From a virus, in the IMG/VR virus record IMGVR_UViG_3300014838_000014, positions 1 through 64,000 of that record: 64,000 nucleotides of DNA; one strand, given 5' to 3'. Made by a program: the position numbers and the translations under genes. Positions within the stretch are counted from its first letter, which is position 1, and each line of letters starts with the position of its first letter. This document shows, one piece after another, positions 19,759 to 30,430 of the stretch. The notes below the pieces were generated by a model. It was given only the letters and a program-made list of their open reading frames with translations. It was not told where the DNA came from and did not search any database.

Positions 19759-20745
19759 ATGGATTTGACGCAAACAGACAGACCCGTTTTGATAATTGAT
19801 GCGTACAACCTGTTCATACGTAGTTGGGCAGCATTTCCGACGATGTCAACGAATGGTTACCAAATGGGAGGGTGCATAGGGTTTTTAAAGACCATGAGAA
19901 GGCTGGTCGATGACGTTCAACCAAGCGCTGTGTACGTGGCGTGGGAGGGTGGAGGATCGACTAGGAGACGTAAGCTGTTTGCAGAGTACAAACTCGCGCG
20001 TAGACCTGAGAAGCTAAACAGGTTTTATGAGGATGATATTCCTGACACAGAGGACAACAGAAAGTACCAACTTGAATCATTAATTCACATGTCAAGGTGC
20101 ATTCCGATCTGTTCGTTGTACGTTTCTGATTGCGAAGGAGATGATCTCGTTGCATACCTTTGTTGTGGTCCCATGAGGGATCGTAACAAGGTGATCGTGT
20201 CGTCTGATAAGGATCTTTACCAATTGCTAGACGATAAAACGAAGCAATATAGCCTTCATAAGAAAACATTTGTGACGAAAAACGATGTGTTTGAGGAGTT
20301 CAGAGTTCAGTCGAAGCACTTCGCCATTGCAAAGGCGCTGTGTGGTGATAAGGGCGACAACGTGCCAGGATTCAGAGGAATTGGTTTCAAGACAGTTTCA
20401 AAGCTATTCCCATTTCTTGGATTGGAGGGTGATATCCTGTTACAAGATGTGATTGATTATGCCAGTTCACACGTTGATGAATCGAACAAATTTCGTGACA
20501 TCGTTGAACACGTTGAGGATTTACGACGTAATTGGGCATTAGTGTACCTCAATGGAAACATGCTTTCTGCAACGCAACAGGCGACGATAGATGGTCGATT
20601 GAGCTCCTATGAGCCGCGCAGCGATCACGTTGGATTGGTGAGGTTGCTCATCAAGGATGGCATCAACGATTTCAACGTTGCAGACTTCATGTACACGTTC
20701 AATTGCATTGAAGGGTTGAATAGCAATGGCAAAGGAGCTTCTTGA
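19759..20745 (+). CDS. 5'-3' exonuclease / T4 RNase H-like flap nuclease
   Basis: 'IIDAYNLFIR', 'EGDDLVA', 'SSDKDLYQL', 'GDKGDNVPG..GIGFKT'. Confidence 0.88.
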   Translation: MDLTQTDRPVLIIDAYNLFIRSWAAFPTMSTNGYQMGGCIGFLKTMRRLVDDVQPSAVYVAWEGGGSTRRRKLFAEYKLARRPEKLNRFYEDDIPDTEDNRKYQLESLIHMSRCIPICSLYVSDCEGDDLVAYLCCGPMRDRNKVIVSSDKDLYQLLDDKTKQYSLHKKTFVTKNDVFEEFRVQSKHFAIAKALCGDKGDNVPGFRGIGFKTVSKLFPFLGLEGDILLQDVIDYASSHVDESNKFRDIVEHVEDLRRNWALVYLNGNMLSATQQATIDGRLSSYEPRSDHVGLVRLLIKDGINDFNVADFMYTFNCIEGLNSNGKGAS

Positions 20746-22172
20746 TGGCAGATGTTAAAATGAGTGCATCTTTTTCTGAGTATGGAAAATCGTTTCAAGA
20801 GCGCATCATGCAGGCATTGCTCACTGATCCTCAGTGGGCAGAACAACTATCTGAGGTGATCGACGTTTCGTACTTTGATCTGAGGTACCTACAGTTTCTT
20901 GCGAAGCACTACTTCGATTATTCTAAGAAGTACAAAGTCTTTCCTTCGTTGCAGTTGTTAGTAACGATAATAAAGGATGAGTTGAAGGTAGGCACCGACG
21001 TTATTCTACGCGATCAGATCATTGAGTACCTTCAACGAACGAGAGCAAATCCAGACGTTGGCGATCTTGGTTACGTCAAGGATAAATCGCTTGACTTCTG
21101 TAGAAAACAGGCGTTGAAGGCGGCACTGTCAACAGCTGTTGATCAGATGCACGAAGGTAGGTACGAACAGATCGTTGAGGGAGTGAAGAAGGCCGTCAGC
21201 GTAGGTACATCACCATCATTGGGTCACGATTTTTTCAATGACTTCGATGCAAGGTTCACAGTCCTGCAACGTAACGCAGTTCCAACAGGAATTGATGAGC
21301 TCGACAGGAAGGACATCCTTAACGGAGGATTGGGATCGGGCGAGATCGGAGTCATAATAGCTCCGACTGGAGTGGGAAAATCTCATTTTTTGGTGTGGTT
21401 AGGCTGTCATGCATTGAAGTTAGGAATAAACGTTGTTCACTATACGTTCGAACTATCTGAGGAAGCAACGGCGATTCGTTATGATTCGAACCTGTGCGAC
21501 ATCGATTCGAACACCGTCATCGCCAACAAGGAACAGGTGATTGAAGCGTACAAATCGATGGGTGGTGAGATGGGTCGGTTGATCATCAAGGGGTTTCCGG
21601 CGAACACCGCTACGGTTCAAACGCTTCGAGCACACATGGAACGACTTGATCTACGAGGATTCAGACCGGGACTCATCGTAGTAGATTACGCTGACATCAT
21701 GCGTTCCTCAAGACAATACGATGCTTTACGACACGAGTTGAAACTCGTTTACGAGGAACTGCGTAGCCTAGGTCAGGAGAAGAAGTTTCCAATTTGGACG
21801 GCGAGCCAATCGAACAGAGAAGGCAGCCAAAGCGATGTCGTTGATCTAAACAATATGTCAGAGGCCTATGGCAAAGCGTTCGTTGCGGACGTTGTTTTAA
21901 GCATCAGTCGTAAGACGTATGAAAAAGCAACTGGCGAAGGTCGATTGTGCATTGCGAAAAATCGTGCAGGACGTGATGGCCTCGTGTATCCATTGCAGAT
22001 TGATACTGCACGTAGCAAGTTCGCGATCTGCGGAAACATCATGAGCTTTCAGAAGGCTTCCACTGATGACGAGAACGAACACAAGCGACAGATCAAGGCG
22101 AAGTGGTTGGAGATGAAGAACGATCCTGCGTTCGGTGGTGCGTTGAAGTCAAACGAACCCGAGACGGTCTGA
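20745..22172 (+). CDS. dnaB: DnaB-like replicative helicase
   Basis: Walker A 'APTGVGKS', 'VVDYADIM', 'WTASQSNR', 'AKNRAG'. Confidence 0.88.
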   Translation: MADVKMSASFSEYGKSFQERIMQALLTDPQWAEQLSEVIDVSYFDLRYLQFLAKHYFDYSKKYKVFPSLQLLVTIIKDELKVGTDVILRDQIIEYLQRTRANPDVGDLGYVKDKSLDFCRKQALKAALSTAVDQMHEGRYEQIVEGVKKAVSVGTSPSLGHDFFNDFDARFTVLQRNAVPTGIDELDRKDILNGGLGSGEIGVIIAPTGVGKSHFLVWLGCHALKLGINVVHYTFELSEEATAIRYDSNLCDIDSNTVIANKEQVIEAYKSMGGEMGRLIIKGFPANTATVQTLRAHMERLDLRGFRPGLIVVDYADIMRSSRQYDALRHELKLVYEELRSLGQEKKFPIWTASQSNREGSQSDVVDLNNMSEAYGKAFVADVVLSISRKTYEKATGEGRLCIAKNRAGRDGLVYPLQIDTARSKFAICGNIMSFQKASTDDENEHKRQIKAKWLEMKNDPAFGGALKSNEPETV

Positions 22173-22254
22173 TAGTTATGAAACACTGCAACGTATACAA
22201 GATGTTCGTATGGACCGCCACATGGTTTATGTTGGTCGGTAAGGAGAGATTGAA

Positions 22255-24747
22255 TTGACGACGTACACATACGACGAGGCCCGTGTCGCCTCGTGTGCTT
22301 ACTTTAACGGTGATTCTTTAGCTGCTGAGGTATTCATCACGAAGTATGCGCTTCGTGATGAAAATGGAGAGTTCATTGAATTGACGCCTACCGACATGCA
22401 CAGGAGGTTGGCACGTGAGTTTGCTCGTATAGAAGCAAAGTACGCGAATCCGATGTCTGAAGATGAAATCTTTGATATGTTCGATGGATTCAAGCGCATC
22501 ATACCGCAAGGATCACCGATGAGCGCCGTTGGAAATTCGTCGCAGGTTCAATCGTTGTCGAACTGCTTCGTCATTGCGCCTCCCGTTGATTCGTATGGAT
22601 CCATTGCAAGAGCCGATGAAGAAATGCTTCAGATACAGAAACGTCGTGGAGGCGTTGGTGTCGATCTTAGCAACATCAGACCGCGCAACACCGTTGTTCG
22701 CAATGCCGCGAGAACGTCAGCTGGCGTCATTAATTTCATGGAGAGGTACTCCAACACAACGCGCGAGGTCGCTCAGGGAGGTCGTAGGGGCGCTCTTATG
22801 GAGACGTTGGACGTTCGCCATCCAGACATCGAAACGTTCATCAATTCGAAACGTGATTTAACAAAGATCACGGGTGTGAACATTTCTATACGCGTTACAG
22901 ATGAGTTCATGAATGCCGTTGAAACGGACGCTGATTTTACGCTTCGTTGGCCGGTTGAGTCGACGATCGAATCTGCTAGAATTACACGCGTCGTCAAGGC
23001 GCGGACAATTTGGTCGCAGGTAATGCACGCTGCTTGGTTGTCAGCCGAACCAGGCGTTCTTAATTGGGACACCGTGATTCGTAACTCAATGGCGGATGAA
23101 TTTGCCGACAAGGGGTTCAAAACCGTTTGTACGAATCCATGTTCAGAATTACCCTTGAGCGTAAATGATTCATGTCGTTTGTTGTTGTTGAATGTTTTAT
23201 CGTATGTTGTTGATCCATACACAGACAATTCGCGTTTTGATTTTGAATCATTCAACAGCGATGCTCGTAAGGCACAACGCTTGATGGACGATCTCGTTGA
23301 CCTAGAAATTGAAGCGATAGATCGCATCATTGCAAAGGTCACCAGCGATCCTGAATCGATTTCTGAGAAGCAGCGTGAGCTTTCGTTGTGGCATGGCATT
23401 CGAACGGCGTGCGTGAACGGTCGTCGAACTGGCACTGGAGTCACGGCGCTTGGTGACGCCGTCGCTGCACTCGGCATGCGTTACGGTAGCGATGAATCGA
23501 TAAACGTCGTTGAATGCATCTATAGGGCCCTAGCGCTATCTACACATGCCAGCAGCGTCGAGCTTGCGAAGGAACGTGGAGCGTTTCCATCGTGGGAACA
23601 CGGTCGTTATAGCAATAATCCATTCGCGAAGCTTCTTCGTGAGTTTTCAACGTCAGACGTCAACGCTGACTTTGATGCATACGGTAGGCGAAACATCTCG
23701 TTGACAACGACTGCACCTGCAGGTAGCGTATCAATACTGACGCAGACAACTAGCGGAATCGAACCAGTTTATCTATTGAGCTACAAACGACGCAAGAAGC
23801 TCTCTGATGATGAGATTGTTTATGGTGCTAGCGTTGATTTCATTGATCAGGTCGGCGATAAATGGCAGGAATACATCGTTTATCACCCAGGTGTGAAGCG
23901 CTGGATGGATGTAACTGGAAAAACGAACGTCGATGAATCGCCGTATTTTCATGCAACTAGCAATGAGATAAATTGGTCGAAATCGGTAGAATTGTTATCA
24001 GTTGCACAAAAGTGGACTGAACATTCTATATCAAAGACGATAAACCTTCCAAAGGAAGCAACCGAAGCGCTCGTTTCAGACGTTTACATGAAGGCATGGA
24101 AGCTTGGAGTCAAAGGCGTGACAGTGTATCGCGATGGCTCCAGATCCGGCGTTCTCGTCTCCACGAAGGGCATGGACAACGCCGGACACGGTGCCAAGGA
24201 GATAACGGATCACCATGCTCCAAAGCGACCGAAGGAGCTAGAGTGCGACGTGCACCGTGTCAACGTGAAGGGTGAATCGTACCTCGTTCTCGTCGGTTTG
24301 CTCAAGGATCGACCTTACGAAATCTTTGCCGGTCTATCGAACAACGTAGAGGTACCGCGCAAAACGAAGAAGGCAATCATCGTCAAGAACGGTAAGAAGG
24401 ACGGCGTTGCAACGTATAACCTGAGAATACCATTGATTGACGATGAATTGCTTCTAAAGGACGTTGTTTCGTTGTTCGATAACCCTGAACACGGTGCGTT
24501 GACAAGAATGCTTTCGTTGTCGATGCGACACGGCGTACCAATTCAGTACCTCACTGAACAATTGAGGAAGGATAAGCATTCTGATCTTCAGAGCTTCTCA
24601 AGCGTCATTGCACGCGTTCTCAAGGGTTACATAAAGGACGGCACGATTGTCACTGATGAAAAGAAGTGTCCGGAGTGTGGATCAACATCGTTGGTTTATC
24701 AATCGGGTTGCGTATCGTGTAGCTGTGGTTGGAGTAAGTGTAGTTGA
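22255..24747 (+). CDS. nrdJ: ribonucleotide reductase, class II (B12-dependent) type
   Basis: 'LSNCFV', 'TNPCSELPL', 'TAPAGSVS', 'VTVYRDGSR'; C-terminal TSCPD-like region and Zn ribbon; no beta subunit nearby. Confidence 0.82.
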   Translation: MTTYTYDEARVASCAYFNGDSLAAEVFITKYALRDENGEFIELTPTDMHRRLAREFARIEAKYANPMSEDEIFDMFDGFKRIIPQGSPMSAVGNSSQVQSLSNCFVIAPPVDSYGSIARADEEMLQIQKRRGGVGVDLSNIRPRNTVVRNAARTSAGVINFMERYSNTTREVAQGGRRGALMETLDVRHPDIETFINSKRDLTKITGVNISIRVTDEFMNAVETDADFTLRWPVESTIESARITRVVKARTIWSQVMHAAWLSAEPGVLNWDTVIRNSMADEFADKGFKTVCTNPCSELPLSVNDSCRLLLLNVLSYVVDPYTDNSRFDFESFNSDARKAQRLMDDLVDLEIEAIDRIIAKVTSDPESISEKQRELSLWHGIRTACVNGRRTGTGVTALGDAVAALGMRYGSDESINVVECIYRALALSTHASSVELAKERGAFPSWEHGRYSNNPFAKLLREFSTSDVNADFDAYGRRNISLTTTAPAGSVSILTQTTSGIEPVYLLSYKRRKKLSDDEIVYGASVDFIDQVGDKWQEYIVYHPGVKRWMDVTGKTNVDESPYFHATSNEINWSKSVELLSVAQKWTEHSISKTINLPKEATEALVSDVYMKAWKLGVKGVTVYRDGSRSGVLVSTKGMDNAGHGAKEITDHHAPKRPKELECDVHRVNVKGESYLVLVGLLKDRPYEIFAGLSNNVEVPRKTKKAIIVKNGKKDGVATYNLRIPLIDDELLLKDVVSLFDNPEHGALTRMLSLSMRHGVPIQYLTEQLRKDKHSDLQSFSSVIARVLKGYIKDGTIVTDEKKCPECGSTSLVYQSGCVSCSCGWSKCS

Positions 24748-24762
24748 TGATCACGAACTGCA

Positions 24763-24768
24763 TACTTA
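24763..24768 (+). promoter_or_regulatory. putative late promoter motif TACTTA (representative)
   Basis: same or near motif just upstream of genes at 14469, 39875, 42411, 43035, 48097 and minus-strand 311, 19690, 45837, 57741. Confidence 0.45.
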
Positions 24769-24780
24769 ACGATCAGCAAC

Positions 24781-25122
24781 ATGAGAGTGAAGTTAGGTAC
24801 GCTTAAGCGCATCATTCGCGAGGTTGCGATCTCGCCTTCAGTTTATGAGAACAACGACGTTGTAAGCGATCCATTCGATCGTCCTAGCATCGCTAGATCG
24901 GTTGCTAACCTCGCTGATCCATTCAGACGCGGTATCGAGATGAACATGATCGTCGCTTCACGTGATAGCTACGATGCTGAAACGCATGAGCTAGATGATG
25001 CTGAACACCAACGAATAAAGGACGCTAGCGAAACAGCGTCAGAGATGATGATGTCACGTGTGAACAGGGTGATTCAGAACGTGTGGAACGAAGCGATGAA
25101 GGGCGTTGATAAACAATCGTGA
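24781..25122 (+). CDS. putative virion/late protein
   Basis: MRVKLGTLKRIIREV N-terminus; TACTTA at 24763. Confidence 0.6.
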   Translation: MRVKLGTLKRIIREVAISPSVYENNDVVSDPFDRPSIARSVANLADPFRRGIEMNMIVASRDSYDAETHELDDAEHQRIKDASETASEMMMSRVNRVIQNVWNEAMKGVDKQS

Positions 25123-25427
25123 AGCGCAAATCGATAAAGCTAAACGAACGACAGCTTCGTGACATCGCAAACGATGAATCCCGAAGGATCGTCACCGAGG
25201 ATGCATTCCTTCACGGCGTGCCAGAGTGGGCGTTGAGACAGGATGTTTCGGAGTTCGTTGATAACATCAAACATCGCATTACGCAGTTCATTCAATTGAA
25301 TAAGAGCCAGAACTCTTCAGATCAACGTGAATCGATCGCTGCAATGAATGATGTTTGCGATGACCTAGAAAAAAAGTTATACGATACGTTAGAGAATGGA
25401 TTGTATGATTTCATTAGGCGCGTTTGA
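25119..25427 (+). CDS. hypothetical protein
   Basis: coupled ORF; IKLNERQLRDIANDE N-terminus. Confidence 0.55.
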   Translation: MKRKSIKLNERQLRDIANDESRRIVTEDAFLHGVPEWALRQDVSEFVDNIKHRITQFIQLNKSQNSSDQRESIAAMNDVCDDLEKKLYDTLENGLYDFIRRV

Positions 25428-25467
25428 GCTGTTGTACGTGAACGTTTCATAGCGTACCATTCTGTGA

Positions 25468-25800
25468 ATGGAGAATCAATACTACGGTTGCAAGCGTACG
25501 TTGATGGAGCACACCGTCAGGTTTACTCTAAATGAAAACGATGGCGAATTGTTCATTGAGGTTGCAATGAACAACTTCCTTCCATGGTGGAAACGAGCGT
25601 TGGTTGCTTTGAAATACGTTTTCAAGCCTTCTTCATCGAAAGGTGGTCACTACGCTGAGACCTTGCTGAGGCTCGATGATTTGGTGAGGTTGCGTAACCT
25701 CGTCGACAGAGCGGGTGCTCTGCAATCTGCAGATCCAACCGTCAGAACGCTTCCAGATGATTCATCCGATCCGAAAGGATGGTCGGATCATGGCGTTTAG
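25468..25800 (+). CDS. hypothetical protein
   Basis: 110-aa ORF after a promoter-like element. Confidence 0.55.
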   Translation: MENQYYGCKRTLMEHTVRFTLNENDGELFIEVAMNNFLPWWKRALVALKYVFKPSSSKGGHYAETLLRLDDLVRLRNLVDRAGALQSADPTVRTLPDDSSDPKGWSDHGV

Positions 25801-26686
25801 TGCAAGGGTCCTCGCCGACAGCGTGAGTCCTGATAACGTTCGTTTGACCACCATTGAGGTCACGTTACCTCGAATAGTGTTGTCAGAATTCAACACACAC
25901 AGAGCGTTCTCACGTAACTCTGCGTCGTCACGTGCAATACCGGTTGAGAAGCGAATATCGATGGTTGAGAACGATCCATTCGTTCCAGAATCATTTGGTA
26001 AGAACACAAGGGGCATGCAAGCGAACGGTGAACTTGATGATGCAGAATCCGTAGAAGCACGTCGAACGTGGATAGTTGCGATGACAGACGCCATTGCTCA
26101 CGCTCGTTCGCTGGCAAAACTGGGCGTTCATAAGCAATTGGCGAACAGGTTGATCGAACCATGGTGTTGGCAAACGATAATCGTTTCTTCGACTGAATGG
26201 GATAACTTTTGGGGATTACGTCGCAATTCCGAAGCTCAACCTGAAATTCACCGTGCTGCCGATTTAATGTACGAGGCGTATAATTCGTCGCGACCTTGTC
26301 ATTTAAATTATGGTGATTGGCACCTTCCGTTGCTACAACCGGATGAAACTGTGCTTTCGTCGTACAGAAACAACGATGATCCGAATCTGCAACTAACGAT
26401 CGAACAAGCTTGTAAGGTTTCCTCCGGAAGGTGTGCAAGGATTTCTTATTTGACGCATGATGGAAAACGTGACGTTATGGCTGACATTGAACTGTGCGAG
26501 AAGTTGATAAGTTCTGGTCACATGTCGCCTCTTGAACACGTGGCCAGACCGATGAAACCGTACAATGATCCGTTTGTTACGAACAACATGCTTCCTGAAT
26601 TTGCATTTTGTGGTAATTTTCGTGGATGGGTGCAATATAGAAAAACGATCAAGAATGAGAGCAACTTTCTTGCGAGGTCAAAGTGA
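25790..26686 (+). CDS. thyX: flavin-dependent thymidylate synthase
   Basis: 'EFNTHRAFSRNSASSRA', 'HKQLANRLIEP', 'HMSPLEHVA'. Confidence 0.85.
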   Translation: MAFSARVLADSVSPDNVRLTTIEVTLPRIVLSEFNTHRAFSRNSASSRAIPVEKRISMVENDPFVPESFGKNTRGMQANGELDDAESVEARRTWIVAMTDAIAHARSLAKLGVHKQLANRLIEPWCWQTIIVSSTEWDNFWGLRRNSEAQPEIHRAADLMYEAYNSSRPCHLNYGDWHLPLLQPDETVLSSYRNNDDPNLQLTIEQACKVSSGRCARISYLTHDGKRDVMADIELCEKLISSGHMSPLEHVARPMKPYNDPFVTNNMLPEFAFCGNFRGWVQYRKTIKNESNFLARSK

Positions 26687-27279
26687 CAGCAAAAATCATC
26701 GTAATTGAGGGACCTGATCGTCATGGTAAGTCAACACAGGCGAGTTTGCTATTGAATTCATGTATCACGTCTGGATATAAAACGATTTTGTTGAAATTGC
26801 CAACGGTGATGTGCGCTAGAACGCACAAGCTCATATATAAAATGCTTGTAGATGGTCGTGCTCAGCGTTATCCAAACCTGTTTCAATTCATCAATTTCAT
26901 CAATAAATTGACGTTTCAGGTCTTGTACCTTCGTAAGTTGCTTGACGAGAACGATGTTGTGATTCTTGATCGATGGAACCTTTCATCGTTCGTGTACGGT
27001 AAAGCAACTGGCGTCAATCGATTGCTAAATTGGTTGATGTTCAGGTCATTGAAGGAACCGTTCGTGACGATCATCGTTCACGGTAAATCGTTCAAACGAT
27101 CGATAGAAGACGATTGTTATGAAAATGATACATCGTTGCAGAAGCGGGTCGCTGAACTGTACGGTGAATGGGCAGACGATAATTTTGCTAGCTGTATCAA
27201 GGTCAACAACGCCAATAATGACATCAATGGAATGCACGATGAAATATTCGTGAAGTTGCTGACCATCTGCGCTTTGTGA
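26683..27279 (+). CDS. tmk: thymidylate kinase
   Basis: 'IEGPDRHGKSTQ', 'ILDRWNLSSFVYG'. Confidence 0.8.
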   Translation: MTAKIIVIEGPDRHGKSTQASLLLNSCITSGYKTILLKLPTVMCARTHKLIYKMLVDGRAQRYPNLFQFINFINKLTFQVLYLRKLLDENDVVILDRWNLSSFVYGKATGVNRLLNWLMFRSLKEPFVTIIVHGKSFKRSIEDDCYENDTSLQKRVAELYGEWADDNFASCIKVNNANNDINGMHDEIFVKLLTICAL

Positions 27280-27338
27280 AATCGATTGAACGTTCTCAAC
27301 GCGTGTTGTAGAATTGCACTCGTACAGGGAGAAATAAC

Positions 27339-27618
27339 AGTGAAGCACTTCAAGTTTGCAGATTCAGTTTGGCACCGCGTCGTTCAGTGCGTTCAAGAGG
27401 GAATGCTCACCGGCACCGATGTAACCGATAGCCTACGTCAGATCAGCGTTAGTGTAGATGAAAACGATCCGCACGTGCTCGTGTTGACGCCTGAGTACCA
27501 GACACAGGTTAGAGAGATGCACGATAAGATGTTAGCTCATGCTCGTGAGCTACAGGCACAACGTTCGAGCAGCTTCATCGTCGGTGATGGCGAAGGCGGG
27601 AACAAGGAGTCTAACTAA
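27339..27618 (+). CDS. hypothetical protein
   Basis: 3' part of ORF 27286..27618; likely GTG start (VKHFK) after GGAG; start approximate. Confidence 0.5.
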
Positions 27619-27620
27619 CG

Positions 27621-27992
27621 ATGGCCGATCAATGCAAGCTCGAGTCGATGTGGGTCATGCAACGTAAGTTCATGGAACTGCTTCAGGAGAAGCGTGGTTT
27701 TTCGGCGTTTCCAGTTGATTTAGCGTCTAAGGAAGGTCAACTGTTCGTGAAGAACATTTCTTATGAATGTGCAGATGAACTTCACGAAGCAAGGCAACAC
27801 TTGAAGTGTAAGAGACACAGGTTGACAGTGACGGGTGAGTTTGATCGTGATGCATACATTGAAGAACTTGCTGACGCTCAGCACTACTTGCTTGAGATAG
27901 TGATTGCTTCAGGAATCTCAATCGAGGAGTTCTACGAAGCATACATAAAGAAGGATGAAATCAACGTCCTACGAATATCTGGTTCTTACTAA
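27621..27992 (+). CDS. MazG-like/dimeric dNTP pyrophosphatase (candidate dCTPase)
   Basis: 'ECADELHEA...EELADAQHY' all-alpha NTP-PPase motif. Confidence 0.65.
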   Translation: MADQCKLESMWVMQRKFMELLQEKRGFSAFPVDLASKEGQLFVKNISYECADELHEARQHLKCKRHRLTVTGEFDRDAYIEELADAQHYLLEIVIASGISIEEFYEAYIKKDEINVLRISGSY

Positions 27993-28090
27993 GAAGTGGT
28001 ACCACAATATGGCCTGTACAACGTTTTAGGGTGGGTTACATTGCTTTCCTGTGAGGAACGTTGTGTTCCTCTAACAAGGAGATTGAATCA

Positions 28091-28480
28091 ATGACGATAA
28101 ATGACGAGTTTGGTATAACTTCAATGTATAACGATTGGTTTAATGATTTTCGTTCATGGGCATTGACAAATAATAACAAACAAGGGTACGTACCAAGTAC
28201 GTCATACAGGACGGCATATTATGATGTTGATGGAAACTTAAACATCGAGTTTGATATTCCAGGGGTGAAGCGTGAGAACGTTAGCGTTACGATTGAGGAT
28301 CAAAAGCTCAATGTATCGTACGTTCGTAAGGATGCCAAGAAGGTCGATGTAACATACACCATACTTGAAGCGTTCGACGCTTCCACGACGACAGCCCGTG
28401 TTGAGGATGGTGTGCTCACGTTGGTTATTAAACGCCTTAAAAAGGATCAGAAAAATAGGATCACCGTTGAGGTGAAGTGA
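28091..28480 (+). CDS. small heat-shock protein (Hsp20)
   Basis: 'DIPGVKRENVSV', 'ARVEDGVLTLVI'; AAGGAG upstream. Confidence 0.85.
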   Translation: MTINDEFGITSMYNDWFNDFRSWALTNNNKQGYVPSTSYRTAYYDVDGNLNIEFDIPGVKRENVSVTIEDQKLNVSYVRKDAKKVDVTYTILEAFDASTTTARVEDGVLTLVIKRLKKDQKNRITVEVK

Positions 28481-28487
28481 CGTTGTC

Positions 28488-28512
28488 CACGGGGCACTTG
28501 CGTGCCCCGTTG
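28488..28512 (+). terminator. hairpin, putative terminator
   Basis: ACGGGGCAC-TTGC-GTGCCCCGT after the hsp20 stop. Confidence 0.5.
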
Positions 28513-28575
28513 TCGTTAACGAACGAAGTGTAAACGAAGTGTAAACGATTTTGACCGTGTGGTACAAGTTTTATC

Positions 28576-29523
28576 ATGAACTTTGACGTTGAAGCAAGAA
28601 CTATATACATGGCTCGTCATGGTTCGCATGCGTATGGTCTAAACACGCCTGACAGCGATGAGGATTTCAAGGGTATATGCGTAAAACCCAAGGAAGCTTA
28701 CTTTGGATTCACTCAGAGGTTCGAACAGCACGAACACATGGGTTCAAAATCTGATGGCATTGATCAAGTCGTATATTCGCTTGAGAAGTTTGCAAGCCTC
28801 GCCGCAGACTGTAATCCTTCAATAATTGAGGTTCTTCACGTTGATGAGAACGATATTATCAAGATCGATGAATTTGGTGAGTAGCTTAGGTCGATACGCG
28901 ATGAGTTTATCTCAAAGAAAGCGAAATATACATTTAGTGGATATGCTTTCTCGCAACTGAAACGCATCAAAACGCATAAAGAATGGTTGCTCAATCCACC
29001 CAGTTCAGAACCAAAGCGAAGTGACTTTGGTCTGTCTGACGCGATCGGTGTGACAAAGTCTGAAATCGGTGCGTATGCTTCTCTCATAGAAAACGGTCAC
29101 ACGTTGGAACTTCCAAAGGATTTGATCACGTTGTTTGTTCAGGAGCGAGCGTACCAATCTGCAGCTACAAAATACGACAACTACATCAACTGGAAGAATA
29201 CGCGTAATCCAAAACGAGCTGAGCTTGAATCTCGATTTGGGTATGACACAAAGCATGCTTCGCACCTCGTTCGATTGATGCGAATGTGTGAAGAAATACT
29301 AACGACTGGAATGGTTTTTGTGAAGCGTCCTGATAGGGAAGAAATTCTTGCGATAAAACGTGGTGAATGGTCGTATGATCGATTGATAGAGTACGCTGAA
29401 CTGATGCAGGCGAAGGTCGATTCGTTGTACGAGACGTCAAAGCTACGTCGCGAACCTAATCGATCGAAGATCGATAAAATCATCGTTGATATAACTGATC
29501 GTTACCTGCGAAAGCACGGGTAG
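28576..29523 (+). pseudogene. nucleotidyltransferase (YcgL/RlaP-like) interrupted by one in-frame TAG (28882-28884)
   Basis: 'GSHAYGLNTPDSDEDFKG' NTase motif; frame stays open after the TAG (LRSIRDEFISKK...FSGYAFSQLKRI) into ORF 28987..29523 with 'GYDTKHASHLVRL'. Confidence 0.7.
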
Positions 29524-29560
29524 AAGTGCAACTCATGTGTTTATGATGTATGATTCTATC

Positions 29561-29821
29561 ATGACAAACGATAGAATAAGGTTCGTCAATCCTGACGTTG
29601 AAATAGAAGTTCGTGGCTCTGAGATGCTGTTCGTTGCTTGGTGTTTAACACATGATTTTTACGATAGTGATATTGATCCGTTGCACCGTACTTCTTACGT
29701 TGAAGAACACCAAAAAAATGAAGAATTAAGCCTCATATTTTTGAAGAAACGTATCGAGGAGGCGTTGAAGCGACGCACCGATGAAGAACAAACGCCGTAT
29801 ACCATGAAAACGCATGGTTAG
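29561..29821 (+). CDS. hypothetical protein
   Basis: ATG 6 nt after a TATGAT -10-like element. Confidence 0.5.
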   Translation: MTNDRIRFVNPDVEIEVRGSEMLFVAWCLTHDFYDSDIDPLHRTSYVEEHQKNEELSLIFLKKRIEEALKRRTDEEQTPYTMKTHG

Positions 29822-30098
29822 AGATTTTTGTGAGCTGCATCCTGGTGACCTCATCAAGTGGGTGTATGAATCTGATTCTCAACCCGTTCGTGAGAATGAT
29901 GAACTCTGGTCAATGCCGATGCAACGTTATATTCCAATCGGCGTTCAACCCATGATGCTCATTTCAATCACCGACGAGTTTTATTCTTGGTTGACACCGA
30001 AGGGTTGTTCCACGCGCGCGTGGATGACGCGTGTGGTTTGCTCGCCGAAGGCTTCACTCGGGCGGGTTGTTCCACGCATTATTGGAGAACATAGATGA
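29814..30098 (+). CDS. PGDLIEW family copy B1
   Basis: paralogous core; repeats at 30003 and 30065; a -1 indel before repeat 1 is offset by a 34-nt spacer, so it still ends VVPRIIGEHR. Confidence 0.7.
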   Translation: MVRDFCELHPGDLIKWVYESDSQPVRENDELWSMPMQRYIPIGVQPMMLISITDEFYSWLTPKGCSTRAWMTRVVCSPKASLGRVVPRIIGEHR

Positions 30099-30349
30099 AA
30101 CCAGGTGACCTCATTGAGTGGGTATACAAATCTAATTATAAATCAGTTCGTGAGAATGATGAATTCTGGTCAACGCCGATGCAACGCTGGGTTCCTATTG
30201 GCGTTCAACCCATGATGCTCATTTCAATCACCGACGAGTTCTACATGTGGTTGACCCCAACGGGGTTGTTCCGCGCGCGTGTGGATGACGCACAGTTCGG
30301 CCCGACGCGGACCACGAGCTTGCCGGTTGTTCCGCGCTCATATGGATGA
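30095..30349 (+). CDS. PGDLIEW family copy B2
   Basis: paralogous core; ends VVPRSYG* in repeat 2. Confidence 0.75.
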   Translation: MKPGDLIEWVYKSNYKSVRENDEFWSTPMQRWVPIGVQPMMLISITDEFYMWLTPTGLFRARVDDAQFGPTRTTSLPVVPRSYG

Positions 30350-30409
30350 CACGTGGTTCACAAGGTTGGACAGACGATGGGTTGTTCTGCGCGTCGTCGA
30401 AGAACATTG
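30264..30409 (+). CRISPR. mini-array B2: 3 degenerate repeats, 2 spacers
   Basis: repeats at 30264, 30325 and 30380 (periods 61, 55). Confidence 0.6.
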
Positions 30410-30430
30410 CTGAAGCTAACATCCAACACG

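Noticed and set aside
28882-28884. Genome-wide TAG reassignment
   Set aside because: Several genes end cleanly at TAG and long genes are not fragmented under the standard code.
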